Below are positions 37,265-46,291 of a stretch of 64,000 nt of DNA, piece after piece (position 1 is the first letter of the stretch; the number at the start of each line of letters is the position of its first letter). The notes under the pieces are model-generated. The model did no database searches and was not told where the DNA came from. It saw only the letters and a program-made list of their open reading frames with translations. Position numbers and translations under genes: made by a program. The DNA is from Gammaproteobacteria bacterium (lineage in GTDB: Bacteria; Pseudomonadota; Gammaproteobacteria; UBA6429; Thiohalophilaceae): assembly GCA_024641475.1 (NCBI GenBank), contig JAHECZ010000002.1, positions 58,706 through 122,705 on the forward strand, written 5' to 3'.

Positions 37265-39664
37265 TTACTTGACCAGACGCAGTGGATTTTTTGCCAGCAA
37301 GGGTGCAGTCACTTCACTCAATGGACGCGGCCGGCCAATATAATAACCTTGCAGATAATTTACTCCAATCCGGATCAGTTCTTCGGCGATAGCCTGGGTC
37401 TCGACGTATTCCGCAATGGTTTTAATTCCCATGATGGCGGCGATCTGGTTTATGGATTTAACAAACGCCCGATCTGTAGCATCGTCGATAATATCGCGGA
37501 CAAAACTGCCATCGATTTTTATCAGGTCGACCGGGATATTTTTCAGGTACGTAAACGATGATAATCCCGAACCAAAATCATCCAGCGCCACCATGCAGCC
37601 CAGCTGTTTGAGTGCGGCAATAAATTTTGTAGCCTTGGAGAAATTTGCCACTGTGGCGGTCTCGGTGATTTCGATTGTGATCAGTGTTGGGTCAACCTTA
37701 TTGCTCGCCAATTCCTGTAACAGGAAGTCACTGAAATTTTCATCGCACAAGGACTGACCGGAAACATTGATCGAATAATGCAAGCGTTGCCCGGCTGCAG
37801 CTAACTCCTGAATCGACTGCACCACGTGTTGCACGACATAGGTATCGATGAGTGGCATGAGATTATAACGCTCAGCCGCCGGGATAAATGCGTTCGGCAG
37901 GATCAGGTTGTTATCGTCGCCGTTCATGCGGACCAGAATTTCATACGAGGCATGGTCTGAAGAACTGGTTAGCGCTTCGATCGGCTGCGCATATAGCACA
38001 AACTGTTGTTGTTCCAATGCCTGATTAATGCGATGCACCAGATGCATTTCACCCTGACGCCGTTGAATATTAATATCTTCAGGATCGAATATATGTACCC
38101 GATTGCGGCCGGTATCCTTGGCTTCATAACAGGCCGAATCGGCGGCACTGAATAAATCTGCCAGATTACCCGAGTCAGAACTCACCGGCACCACACCGAT
38201 ACTCACACCCACATCGAATTGTTTATTCGCCCAGGAAAAACGCAGTGAATTGACTGCATCTCGCATCTTTTCAGCAAGGCTGCGTGCCTTTTCCAGTGAA
38301 CAACCTTCCAGAATGGCACCAAATTCATCGCCGCCAAGTCGGGCCAGCGTGTCACTATGGCGCAATACTTCCTTGAGTGTAGTAGAAACCTGAATTAATA
38401 ATTCATCACCGGCGGCGTGGCCGCAAGTGTCATTAACAATTTTAAATTGATCCAAATCGAGATAACACAACACATGTGTCTTATGTTCAATACGGGAGCT
38501 ATCCAGTGCGCTTTGCAAACGCACTTCAAACTCACGGCGATTCACCAGCCCGGTGAGCGCATCATGGCTTGCCTGATAACTTAATTGCGAAGCAAGCAAA
38601 CGTACTTCGCTGACATCGCGGAAAATCACAATGCCACCGTGCAACTGCCCGGTCTCGTCCCGAATCGGCGCAGCGGTATATTCAATCGCATAATTTTTCG
38701 CGTTCGGACCTTGCAGATTTACGGTCTTGGTGGAATTACTGATTTTACCTGATGCGATTTCGTTCAATACCTGTGTCACGCTATCACCGGCATGATCTTC
38801 CATCGATATATTCCATACTTCAGCCAGGGGTCGTCCTTTGACATCGGCAAAACTGTGCCCGGTCATCGCGGCGGCGACCGGATTAACATATTCCACCGCG
38901 CCGTTTACAGAGGTGGTAATGACGGCATCGCCAATGGAATGCAAGGTGATCTGCGCCAGGCGCTTTTCCAGTTGTAACTCTTTTTCCGTGCGGGTTATGC
39001 GTTTGCCGACAATGACGGCAATCAAACCGCCTGCAAATACCCCAATAACCAGCGATGCAATAATCTTGATCAGTAATGAGTCCAGTTCATTCTGTGCCTG
39101 CTGTGTCGAATTCAGCACTGCACTTTTCTGTAAAACTTCCAGATCCTCCAGACGCTGCAAGACCTTGTCTTGTAACGGCTCGGCATTATCCAGCAGCAAA
39201 TCACGTGCAGGTGCCAGCTTGTTGCGTTGAATCAGATCGGCTATTTCAAGCTGGGTTGGTACGGCAATATTGGTAAGTTTGCCTTGTTCGGCCAGGATCG
39301 TAATTTCATCCGGACTCAATTGCATTTTTTGTATCTGGATACGGGCATCGGCAAACACTGCAGCCTGGTGATTAAAATCCAGAAACAGCGCATCACGATC
39401 AAATGGATCTTTCATATCCAGCATACGATGCAACAGCAATACCCGCTCACGCGCGGCGCTGTGCATGGTGTGCAGTAAACTGGTTTTGACGTTGTTGGTT
39501 TTAACGATGCTGTTCATGCGCGATAACATCGCATTGATCGAACTCAGACCAATACCGGCGATAAATACCGATACCAACAAGCTGGCGGAAAAACCCGCGA
39601 TCAGCAGGTATTTGGTGCGCCCAGGCGCCGCTGGTGGAGAATTTTGTTCGGTAGTTCGGTACAT
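37265..39664 (-). CDS. Membrane sensor with periplasmic 4-helix-bundle-like domain, PAS, GGDEF and EAL domains
   Basis: TM-periplasmic helical domain-TM, then PAS (ITLHSIGDAVITT), I-site RHSD plus GGDEF (RLGGDEF), and EAL-domain motifs (YEILVRM, DDFGSG, KIDGSF). Confidence 0.9.
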   Translation of the reverse strand: MYRTTEQNSPPAAPGRTKYLLIAGFSASLLVSVFIAGIGLSSINAMLSRMNSIVKTNNVKTSLLHTMHSAARERVLLLHRMLDMKDPFDRDALFLDFNHQAAVFADARIQIQKMQLSPDEITILAEQGKLTNIAVPTQLEIADLIQRNKLAPARDLLLDNAEPLQDKVLQRLEDLEVLQKSAVLNSTQQAQNELDSLLIKIIASLVIGVFAGGLIAVIVGKRITRTEKELQLEKRLAQITLHSIGDAVITTSVNGAVEYVNPVAAAMTGHSFADVKGRPLAEVWNISMEDHAGDSVTQVLNEIASGKISNSTKTVNLQGPNAKNYAIEYTAAPIRDETGQLHGGIVIFRDVSEVRLLASQLSYQASHDALTGLVNRREFEVRLQSALDSSRIEHKTHVLCYLDLDQFKIVNDTCGHAAGDELLIQVSTTLKEVLRHSDTLARLGGDEFGAILEGCSLEKARSLAEKMRDAVNSLRFSWANKQFDVGVSIGVVPVSSDSGNLADLFSAADSACYEAKDTGRNRVHIFDPEDINIQRRQGEMHLVHRINQALEQQQFVLYAQPIEALTSSSDHASYEILVRMNGDDNNLILPNAFIPAAERYNLMPLIDTYVVQHVVQSIQELAAAGQRLHYSINVSGQSLCDENFSDFLLQELASNKVDPTLITIEITETATVANFSKATKFIAALKQLGCMVALDDFGSGLSSFTYLKNIPVDLIKIDGSFVRDIIDDATDRAFVKSINQIAAIMGIKTIAEYVETQAIAEELIRIGVNYLQGYYIGRPRPLSEVTAPLLAKNPLRLVK

Positions 39665-39791
39665 ACAGTTATTTATTAGTGAACCTTCCCTATTATCGGA
39701 TATCTTTGGTGAGGTTATTAATAAATATAATCGTTATATAAATCATATAGTTATATTATTTTTGCTCTGTATTTGCCGATACAACCCTGGA

Positions 39792-40055
39792 TTATGCTGG
39801 TTGCCCCAGCGTATATACCTCGCCGTTTTCACGAATTTTCTCATCTTCATACGGCGCAGCAATACGCCGGTATAGCTCCAGCTTGGCACACTCCAGCGCA
39901 CCGATCACCGCATTGAGTTGCGTGTACGAGGCACCGTCATGCTGTTGCAAATAATTATCGATGATACGCGTAATGACATAATTTAATTCACCAACGGTTT
40001 GCGGTGCGCTTCCGGCATCCAGGCGTTGCCGATCTTTAGGTGGGATGTAAGGCAT
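39792..40055 (-). CDS. Small conserved hypothetical protein (87 aa)
   Basis: MPYIPPKDRQRLD...GELNYVITRII...IGALECAKLELYRRIAAPYEDEKIRENGEVY. I recognise the pattern as a widespread small family but cannot name it. Confidence 0.6.
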   Translation of the reverse strand: MPYIPPKDRQRLDAGSAPQTVGELNYVITRIIDNYLQQHDGASYTQLNAVIGALECAKLELYRRIAAPYEDEKIRENGEVYTLGQPA

Positions 40056-40127
40056 ATAGGCTTGCTCCTTGTTATGACATTCATATCAATAGCCACAATC
40101 CGACAGCCGTGTCGGACGACAACGCTG

Positions 40128-40352
40128 TTAATGTGTATAGCCCTGCAACTGTGGCCGAAACTGATTGGTCAATACATGTCCCGGGCCCAGTAACTTGAAA
40201 ATTCTTAGCATGGCCGTTTGCGGATAATTATCCCGATAGTGGGGATTGGTTTCCATAAGCCGTGTCAATTTTTCCAAAGCCGCTTCGAATTGTTGCGCAA
40301 TCACCGCATGGATATACGGCGAGTTGACGGAATCAATCATCATCCCGACCAT
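40128..40352 (-). CDS. Hypothetical small protein (start uncertain)
   Basis: ORF 40128-40433. Only Met codons at 40340-40364 avoid a long out-of-frame overlap with the upstream gene. No motif recognised. Confidence 0.35.
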   Translation of the reverse strand: MVGMMIDSVNSPYIHAVIAQQFEAALEKLTRLMETNPHYRDNYPQTAMLRIFKLLGPGHVLTNQFRPQLQGYTH

Positions 40353-40812
40353 GTCCGCGTCCATGACCACGGCCTTTATCTTCGTTTTTGCCATGGGATT
40401 TATGTTTACCCCGACCGTGGTCTTCATCGCCATGTCGATCCAAATCGTGGCCGGCTTTCAACGCATGAAATTCGCGCGAACCGGGTTTAATGCCCAGATC
40501 TTTCGCCATCCTGCCCCAGCCCCGGCCTTTATTGGCTTTATATTTTCGTGTGACATAGTCCACCGGTTGATGCGACATCTCCGCCAATCGCAATACCATA
40601 TAAGCATCCGCTTGATTGCCCACATTACTCACCACGGCATTGACTTTTACATCACCAACATTGAACCGTGTGGCTAATCGCGCCCGGAAGCCATCGGGGT
40701 TGGCCTGTGCTTCTATCGACATATTGTTGAGCCAGTCAAAATCTCCCGCTACTGCTGGAAATATTGATAAACCTGCAAGTATTACCGCGGCATACATAAA
40801 TCGTTTGAACAT
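40333..40812 (-). CDS. Secreted protein with a His/Gly/Lys/Asp-rich C-terminal tail
   Basis: Signal peptide MFKRFMYAAVILAGLSIFPAVAG (ATG at 40812). The tail reads HGDEDHGRGKHKSHGKNEDKGRGHGRGHGRDDD. Confidence 0.55.
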   Translation of the reverse strand: MFKRFMYAAVILAGLSIFPAVAGDFDWLNNMSIEAQANPDGFRARLATRFNVGDVKVNAVVSNVGNQADAYMVLRLAEMSHQPVDYVTRKYKANKGRGWGRMAKDLGIKPGSREFHALKAGHDLDRHGDEDHGRGKHKSHGKNEDKGRGHGRGHGRDDD

Positions 40813-40958
40813 TGTTATATTCTCCAAATAATCCACGTTATAAAAAAATTTATTTAATATCGTTTACCAAATCTCAGATTCCTGCCATTGTATTTAGCAA
40901 ATGCACCTGAAGCAAAAAATACTATCAATATAGGTCACAGATTTGTATAAAAAAACAG

Positions 40959-41678
40959 TTAATGCTGTTGTGCTGCCCAGCCAAAAACCTGTTTTAACAA
41001 ATCCGTACTGCGTGCAATTGGGTCACGGCGGATACGACGCTCTTCAGCCGCAATTGCAGCAAATAGCGCCTCCAGGGCATGGTCCATGACATACGTATCG
41101 ATATTCACCCAGTTTAATTTCACAAAGGGTAACTTGTTCTGTGCATCCTGCTGCATGCGCTTATAGGCGCGGGTTGCACCGACATGCGCGGTGGCCTGCT
41201 GGATAATGGGTAAAAATCGCTGCCGTAATATAGGCTCGCCCGATTTACGAAAGTAGCGTGTCCCGGCATCATCCGATCCCTGAATAATTTGTTTGGCATC
41301 CGTCAAGCTCATATGGCGGATTCCATCGATAAAGATGTCACGCGATACCGGCACCGCCTGTTCTGCGGCGCGATTGAGCGTCACGACAAACTCATCGGCC
41401 TGACGTGATTGTCCCAGTTTACGCAGCAGCTTATCCGCGGTGTGCAATTCCTCTGGCATTGGTATTCGTGCAGCCGGATCACCCAGGAAACCATCGGTCA
41501 CACCCAACTTGCCAACGGCCTGCGTCACGCCTTTGCTCAAGGCCTCACGCAGCGCACTGCTCATATTCTCCGTCGAAGGCTGACTGGATTTCCCATTCAG
41601 CAAACCATTGAGCGATTCACGCCAGCCCGCCTGCGCCGGCAAGCTCACCAACATACATATAACAACAAACCACCGCAT
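40959..41678 (-). CDS. DUF4197-like periplasmic protein
   Basis: Signal peptide MRWFVVICMLVSLPAQA. ALREALSKGVTQAV..LG..DGFLGDPAARIPMP and NRAAEQAVP...MSLTDAKQIIQGSDDAGTRYF match the family pattern as recalled. Confidence 0.7.
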   Translation of the reverse strand: MRWFVVICMLVSLPAQAGWRESLNGLLNGKSSQPSTENMSSALREALSKGVTQAVGKLGVTDGFLGDPAARIPMPEELHTADKLLRKLGQSRQADEFVVTLNRAAEQAVPVSRDIFIDGIRHMSLTDAKQIIQGSDDAGTRYFRKSGEPILRQRFLPIIQQATAHVGATRAYKRMQQDAQNKLPFVKLNWVNIDTYVMDHALEALFAAIAAEERRIRRDPIARSTDLLKQVFGWAAQQH

Positions 41679-41877
41679 TTGGCCTCTCCTGTTCAATCCC
41701 GCTAATCACCTTAGCAGAGATTTTCAGCCACATATTTACATCGCAAATTTAGCGTATTTAAAACGAAATCATTCTCAATACATTATTTAAAATAGCGTTA
41801 AAGAATTTGTGGGTTTTGTCGACATAAAGAGCTGAAATTCCGGTTTTAACCCACTCTGCCGAGTAACTTCTAACACC

Positions 41878-42831
41878 ATGATTTTATTGCATATTGAATT
41901 TTTAAAGCGTCGCTCCGTGGCAACCTGGCTATGTGCGACAGTGCTCAGTATTGGTATGGCAGTGACATGCCATGCCGAAGAAAAACTGCCACCTGTGGAG
42001 CAAGCAGGCGCGCATTGTCCCCCCGCCAAGCCTGGTGACACCTACCCAACCGGCTATATCACCGGTGCGGGCGCACATTTTTCCTGGATTATTTTTAAAA
42101 CATTGCAACCGGATCTGGAAAAACTCACGGGTCGTAAAATTCAACTCTTCGGCAAGGACTCCATGCTCGGCCAGGGCTGCAATGCCGGTATCAAGAATGC
42201 CTCGTTGAATGGCCCGGATAAAGAAACCTTCGGTTTTATCTGCTGCCCACTGACCAAGGAAGAAATTGCCAAAGAAAGAATCATTGTTTACCCGCTGGCG
42301 ATGGAACCGTTATTGATCCTGGTTAATTCATCAAACCCGGTTACCAATCTCAGCAAGCAACAGGTACGCGATATCTTCGCGGGCAAGATTACCAATTGGC
42401 AGGAGGTGGGCGGTAATGATCAACCGATTGCGGTAGTGACGCGCCTGCATTGCAAAACACGCCCGGGTCATTGGAAAACCATTCTGTCGGATGCCAAGCT
42501 TTTCCGTAAATTGCGCTTTGATGTGGAAAGCGCTGATGAAATGGTCAAACGGGTCAGTGACTTTGACGCCGCCATTGGTCATACCGGTTCAACCTGGGAG
42601 TTCGAATCAGGCAATAAGGTAAAACATATCACTGTCGATGGTCTGGAACCCAACGCCGAAAATTTAAAGAGCGGTCAATATCCATTTTACCGACCACTTT
42701 CGGCGGTTACCGATCTACATCCTTCCGAAGATGTAAAAAAAATCATCCATGAAGTGCAAACCGGCAAAGGCTTTGCGAACGTAGCAAAGAAATTCAACCT
42801 GTTACCTCTGAATAAACCTGCAGCGGAATAA
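41878..42831 (+). CDS. Periplasmic substrate-binding protein, PstS/PBP_like_2 type
   Basis: Signal peptide. The pattern ITGAGAHF...(GQGCNAG)...IAVVTRLHCKTRPGH...YPFYRPL resembles phosphate/anion-binding PBPs. Confidence 0.7.
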   Translation: MILLHIEFLKRRSVATWLCATVLSIGMAVTCHAEEKLPPVEQAGAHCPPAKPGDTYPTGYITGAGAHFSWIIFKTLQPDLEKLTGRKIQLFGKDSMLGQGCNAGIKNASLNGPDKETFGFICCPLTKEEIAKERIIVYPLAMEPLLILVNSSNPVTNLSKQQVRDIFAGKITNWQEVGGNDQPIAVVTRLHCKTRPGHWKTILSDAKLFRKLRFDVESADEMVKRVSDFDAAIGHTGSTWEFESGNKVKHITVDGLEPNAENLKSGQYPFYRPLSAVTDLHPSEDVKKIIHEVQTGKGFANVAKKFNLLPLNKPAAE

Positions 42832-42838
42832 AACAGCG

Positions 42839-44428
42839 ATGTTTTTCCATAGTTACCGTGCCAAACTTATTTTTTACATGGTGCTGCTGATCCTGTTTTT
42901 ATCGATCACGTTGGGATATTCCTACCGCTATGTCCAGCAAGTTTTCCTCGATGAAGTAGACAGCCATCTGGTACGGTTGCAGCAACTGCTCGATGGCCAT
43001 TTAAATGCGGAGCGCAATGAATTACAACGCTACGCCGCCATCGTCGCCCAGGATCTGCGCCTGAAGGAATACATGTACGTCATCACCGGAATTGGTGGCG
43101 ACAGCGAGCCATTGAGCAAGTTATACGAACGTGAGTTTGGCTGGCTACCGGTTGATCGCCGCATCATTATGACCAATAACGATAATATTTTGGTTGGCAA
43201 TCAACATACCGATCTTGCTGCCGCGATACAGAAATACGCCACCATGCCAGGTAAAGGTATATTTTATTTTCAAGGTAAATCGGGGCTGGAAGTAGTAGCC
43301 GTGGCCACCATAAAATATCGCGACAATGTCATGGGGCGTGTCGCCGTCACGCGATTGCTGAGCCAGAACTGGCTGGACATGAACAAGCAAATCACCGGCG
43401 GCGAATTCTTTTTAATCGAAAACAAGGCCATTCTCAAATCGACTTTGCAGGCAAGAAATCATACGCTGTTCAATTTACGCAATAATATATTATCCATTAA
43501 CTCTATTTCCTATCGGATCTATCAAATCGACCTTCCCGGGATTAACGCCGACAAGCCAGAATTGTGGTTCGGCTTTTCCGAAAACGACATTATTACCAAA
43601 CTGGAGAAGCATCGAAGTATTATTTTCAGTTTATTAGGTGGCGGGATTGTCGCAGTTTTAATCCTGGGCATGTTGATTATTCGCAACTTCAGCCGGCCAC
43701 TGAATCAAATCATGCGCATTACCCGCCAGGTTGCTGATGGCGAACTGCCACCACTGGAAAAACACAAGGTGGCCAATGAATTTGACGAACTTTCCAATCA
43801 TTTTGCCGATATGTTAATGGCACTGCGTGAACAGCAGCATGAGATTGAGAAACACCATCATATTCTGGAGCAGTCCGCCATTACTGACGTGCTGACTGGC
43901 TTGTATAACCGGCGTTATCTGCAGGAGATATTCCCCAAATTGTTAGCCAGCGCAGATCGCGAAGATCGGCTTATCTATGCAATTTTACTCGATTTGGATT
44001 TATTTAAAAAAATCAACGATACGTATGGTCATATGGCCGGTGATGAATGTCTGATCTCCTTTGCCGAACAATTACACCAGGTCTCACGTACCAGCGATCA
44101 TGTATTTCGTCTTGGTGGCGAAGAATTTCTGATTTTATCCATCCATAACAGCATCACTGAAGCTGCGAATTTTGCTGAAAAGATCCGCGCCAAGGTCGAG
44201 AAAACTGCCGTGGTCTATGAACAGCATATTATCAACATGACCGTCAGCGGCGGGATCAGCAGTGTGATATCAAATGGCGCCACAGAAAGCGTCCTTGAAG
44301 ATATGTTGTTACGCGCAGACGTTGCGCTTTACCATGCCAAACATGCAGGCCGCAACCGGATTTGTATCGATGCAAACCCGGATGACTCCGATTCACACCA
44401 CAATTTGCGCATCAACCTGGCGAACTAG
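42839..44428 (+). CDS. Membrane diguanylate cyclase (periplasmic sensor domain-HAMP-GGDEF)
   Basis: TM, a periplasmic domain of about 240 aa, TM, HAMP (RNFSRPLNQIMRITRQVADGEL), then I-site RTSD plus GGEEF. Confidence 0.9.
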   Translation: MFFHSYRAKLIFYMVLLILFLSITLGYSYRYVQQVFLDEVDSHLVRLQQLLDGHLNAERNELQRYAAIVAQDLRLKEYMYVITGIGGDSEPLSKLYEREFGWLPVDRRIIMTNNDNILVGNQHTDLAAAIQKYATMPGKGIFYFQGKSGLEVVAVATIKYRDNVMGRVAVTRLLSQNWLDMNKQITGGEFFLIENKAILKSTLQARNHTLFNLRNNILSINSISYRIYQIDLPGINADKPELWFGFSENDIITKLEKHRSIIFSLLGGGIVAVLILGMLIIRNFSRPLNQIMRITRQVADGELPPLEKHKVANEFDELSNHFADMLMALREQQHEIEKHHHILEQSAITDVLTGLYNRRYLQEIFPKLLASADREDRLIYAILLDLDLFKKINDTYGHMAGDECLISFAEQLHQVSRTSDHVFRLGGEEFLILSIHNSITEAANFAEKIRAKVEKTAVVYEQHIINMTVSGGISSVISNGATESVLEDMLLRADVALYHAKHAGRNRICIDANPDDSDSHHNLRINLAN

Positions 44429-44568
44429 GCTATGTCCGTCCGGGCAGGCCAGCCCAAATCCCAAACAAACAGATCAATAAATAACTCTCCCTTGGCCCGT
44501 AAATCATCTGGCGTCCTCGCTCAGATCGCGTATGATCTGCGCAGTCTTTAATCTGCTGTAGACACGCC

Positions 44569-46284
44569 ATGCGTAATTTCAACACCATATATGTAGCCCT
44601 GCGCCAAGGCTTCGTTAAGCTCATCACCAATCGGTATGTCGTTCTGTTCGCTGTGTTATACCTGCTGGGCTGGATCAGCAGTATGGCGGGCGCATTTGCC
44701 AACCACAGTTTCCCGACCCAATGGATCGAGCTGGGCCTCGTACTCTATATATACAGCCTGCTCTACCATATCCTGCGTCCCGGCCGCTGGCGCGCCTGGT
44801 TGGCCGGTGTGCCGGTTGTGCTGTTCTACCTGGTGCACGATATTTTCTTCATGGCCTACAGCAAAGTATTTCGCTGGATCAATGTCATCGAATTGCCTGA
44901 ATTATTCCGCGTCTTACCGGTAAGCTATGACATCGTCATCGGCCTGATCTTTTTTGGACCGATACTCGCGGTGTTGCTATCGATCAATCACCGCCAGAAT
45001 CGGACTACCGCATTATTATGCTTGCCTGCCATCAGCGTGTTGACGGTACTGTATTTTTTTCCCAACACCTTTGATACCGCATTCCGCGCATCTGCCAGCG
45101 AGATCATTAAATATTCCGACGCCAAGAGCGTCGAACGCAATGGCCGACTGGCCATGACCTTATTGCGCGAGGCCGAACGCCTGGAAGTCAGCCGTGCCAT
45201 TGCCCCTTATCGCCAACGTGCGGATTATGATCATCAGGCACAATTGCATGCCGACTATTTGCAAAACCACGGCAATCATCATGATGTGCATCTGATAGTG
45301 CTGGAAAGTTTCCTCGATCCCACCCTGTTTCGCGCAGCAAAGTTTTCCCAGCCACCAACCCATCCAGACTTTGATAAATTCTTTGGCGATGCGCCAGGAC
45401 TAACCATTGCACCGATGTTTGGCGGTGCCACCTCGCAATCCGAATTCGAAGTGCTCTGCGGCATGCCCGGCTTCGAAAAATTATCCAGCGTGGAATTCAA
45501 TGTTTTCAGTGGTGCCGCCGCACAGTGTCTGCCCGGTGTCCTGCAACAAGGCGGTTATCGCACCATTGGTGCCAATGCCTACAAACCCAATTTCTTTAAC
45601 GCGTTAACGGCCTACAAAGGCATCGGTTTTGGCGAGATCAATTTCCCCAGCGAATTCTATAATGGCAAAACCTATATCACCGCCGGTGATACCGGCGTGG
45701 AAGAATTTCAATTCGATGCGGATTTGTTCAACCAAAACCTGGCGATGCTACGTCGTGTCAGACAGGAAACCCCGGACAAACCCGTCTTCAACTATTTGAT
45801 GACAATCTATGGCCATACGCCACATATCCTGGATCCCAGGGTTCGACCGGAAGTGATCAAGCTGCTGCATGACTATAAAGATGATCATCTGGAACGCAGC
45901 ACCAATCAGTTTTATTACCGCACCAAGGCGATCGTCGATTACGTCAAACAACTGGTGGCGATGGATCCACACAGTTTGATTATCCTGCTGGCTGACCATG
46001 TACCCCCGCTGCACAACGGTCCCAACACCTACAATGCGTTACGCTATATGGATAACATCGAAGGCAGTTATTATCACAACCGTATTATCATCGTGCAGGA
46101 CGGTGTCCCGACTCACTACCCGCTACTGCATAACTACGACATGCCGGATGTGATTCAGAATTATCTGACCGATGGCCAGCATTGCAAGCAAAAGACCTGT
46201 GGCTATCTGCTCGGCGAGAAACGCCCGGCGCGGGATATATTATTGGAAGACTACTTGCGCTTGCTGGCGCATGCGTCGGAATAA
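44569..46284 (+). CDS. LTA-synthase/phosphoglycerol-transferase-like membrane sulfatase-family protein
   Basis: 5 N-terminal TM helices and an extracytoplasmic alkaline-phosphatase-superfamily domain (HLIVLESF, GGATSQSEFEVLCG, TIYGHTPH, ADHVPP). Confidence 0.75.
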   Translation: MRNFNTIYVALRQGFVKLITNRYVVLFAVLYLLGWISSMAGAFANHSFPTQWIELGLVLYIYSLLYHILRPGRWRAWLAGVPVVLFYLVHDIFFMAYSKVFRWINVIELPELFRVLPVSYDIVIGLIFFGPILAVLLSINHRQNRTTALLCLPAISVLTVLYFFPNTFDTAFRASASEIIKYSDAKSVERNGRLAMTLLREAERLEVSRAIAPYRQRADYDHQAQLHADYLQNHGNHHDVHLIVLESFLDPTLFRAAKFSQPPTHPDFDKFFGDAPGLTIAPMFGGATSQSEFEVLCGMPGFEKLSSVEFNVFSGAAAQCLPGVLQQGGYRTIGANAYKPNFFNALTAYKGIGFGEINFPSEFYNGKTYITAGDTGVEEFQFDADLFNQNLAMLRRVRQETPDKPVFNYLMTIYGHTPHILDPRVRPEVIKLLHDYKDDHLERSTNQFYYRTKAIVDYVKQLVAMDPHSLIILLADHVPPLHNGPNTYNALRYMDNIEGSYYHNRIIIVQDGVPTHYPLLHNYDMPDVIQNYLTDGQHCKQKTCGYLLGEKRPARDILLEDYLRLLAHASE

Positions 46285-46291
46285 CGATTTT

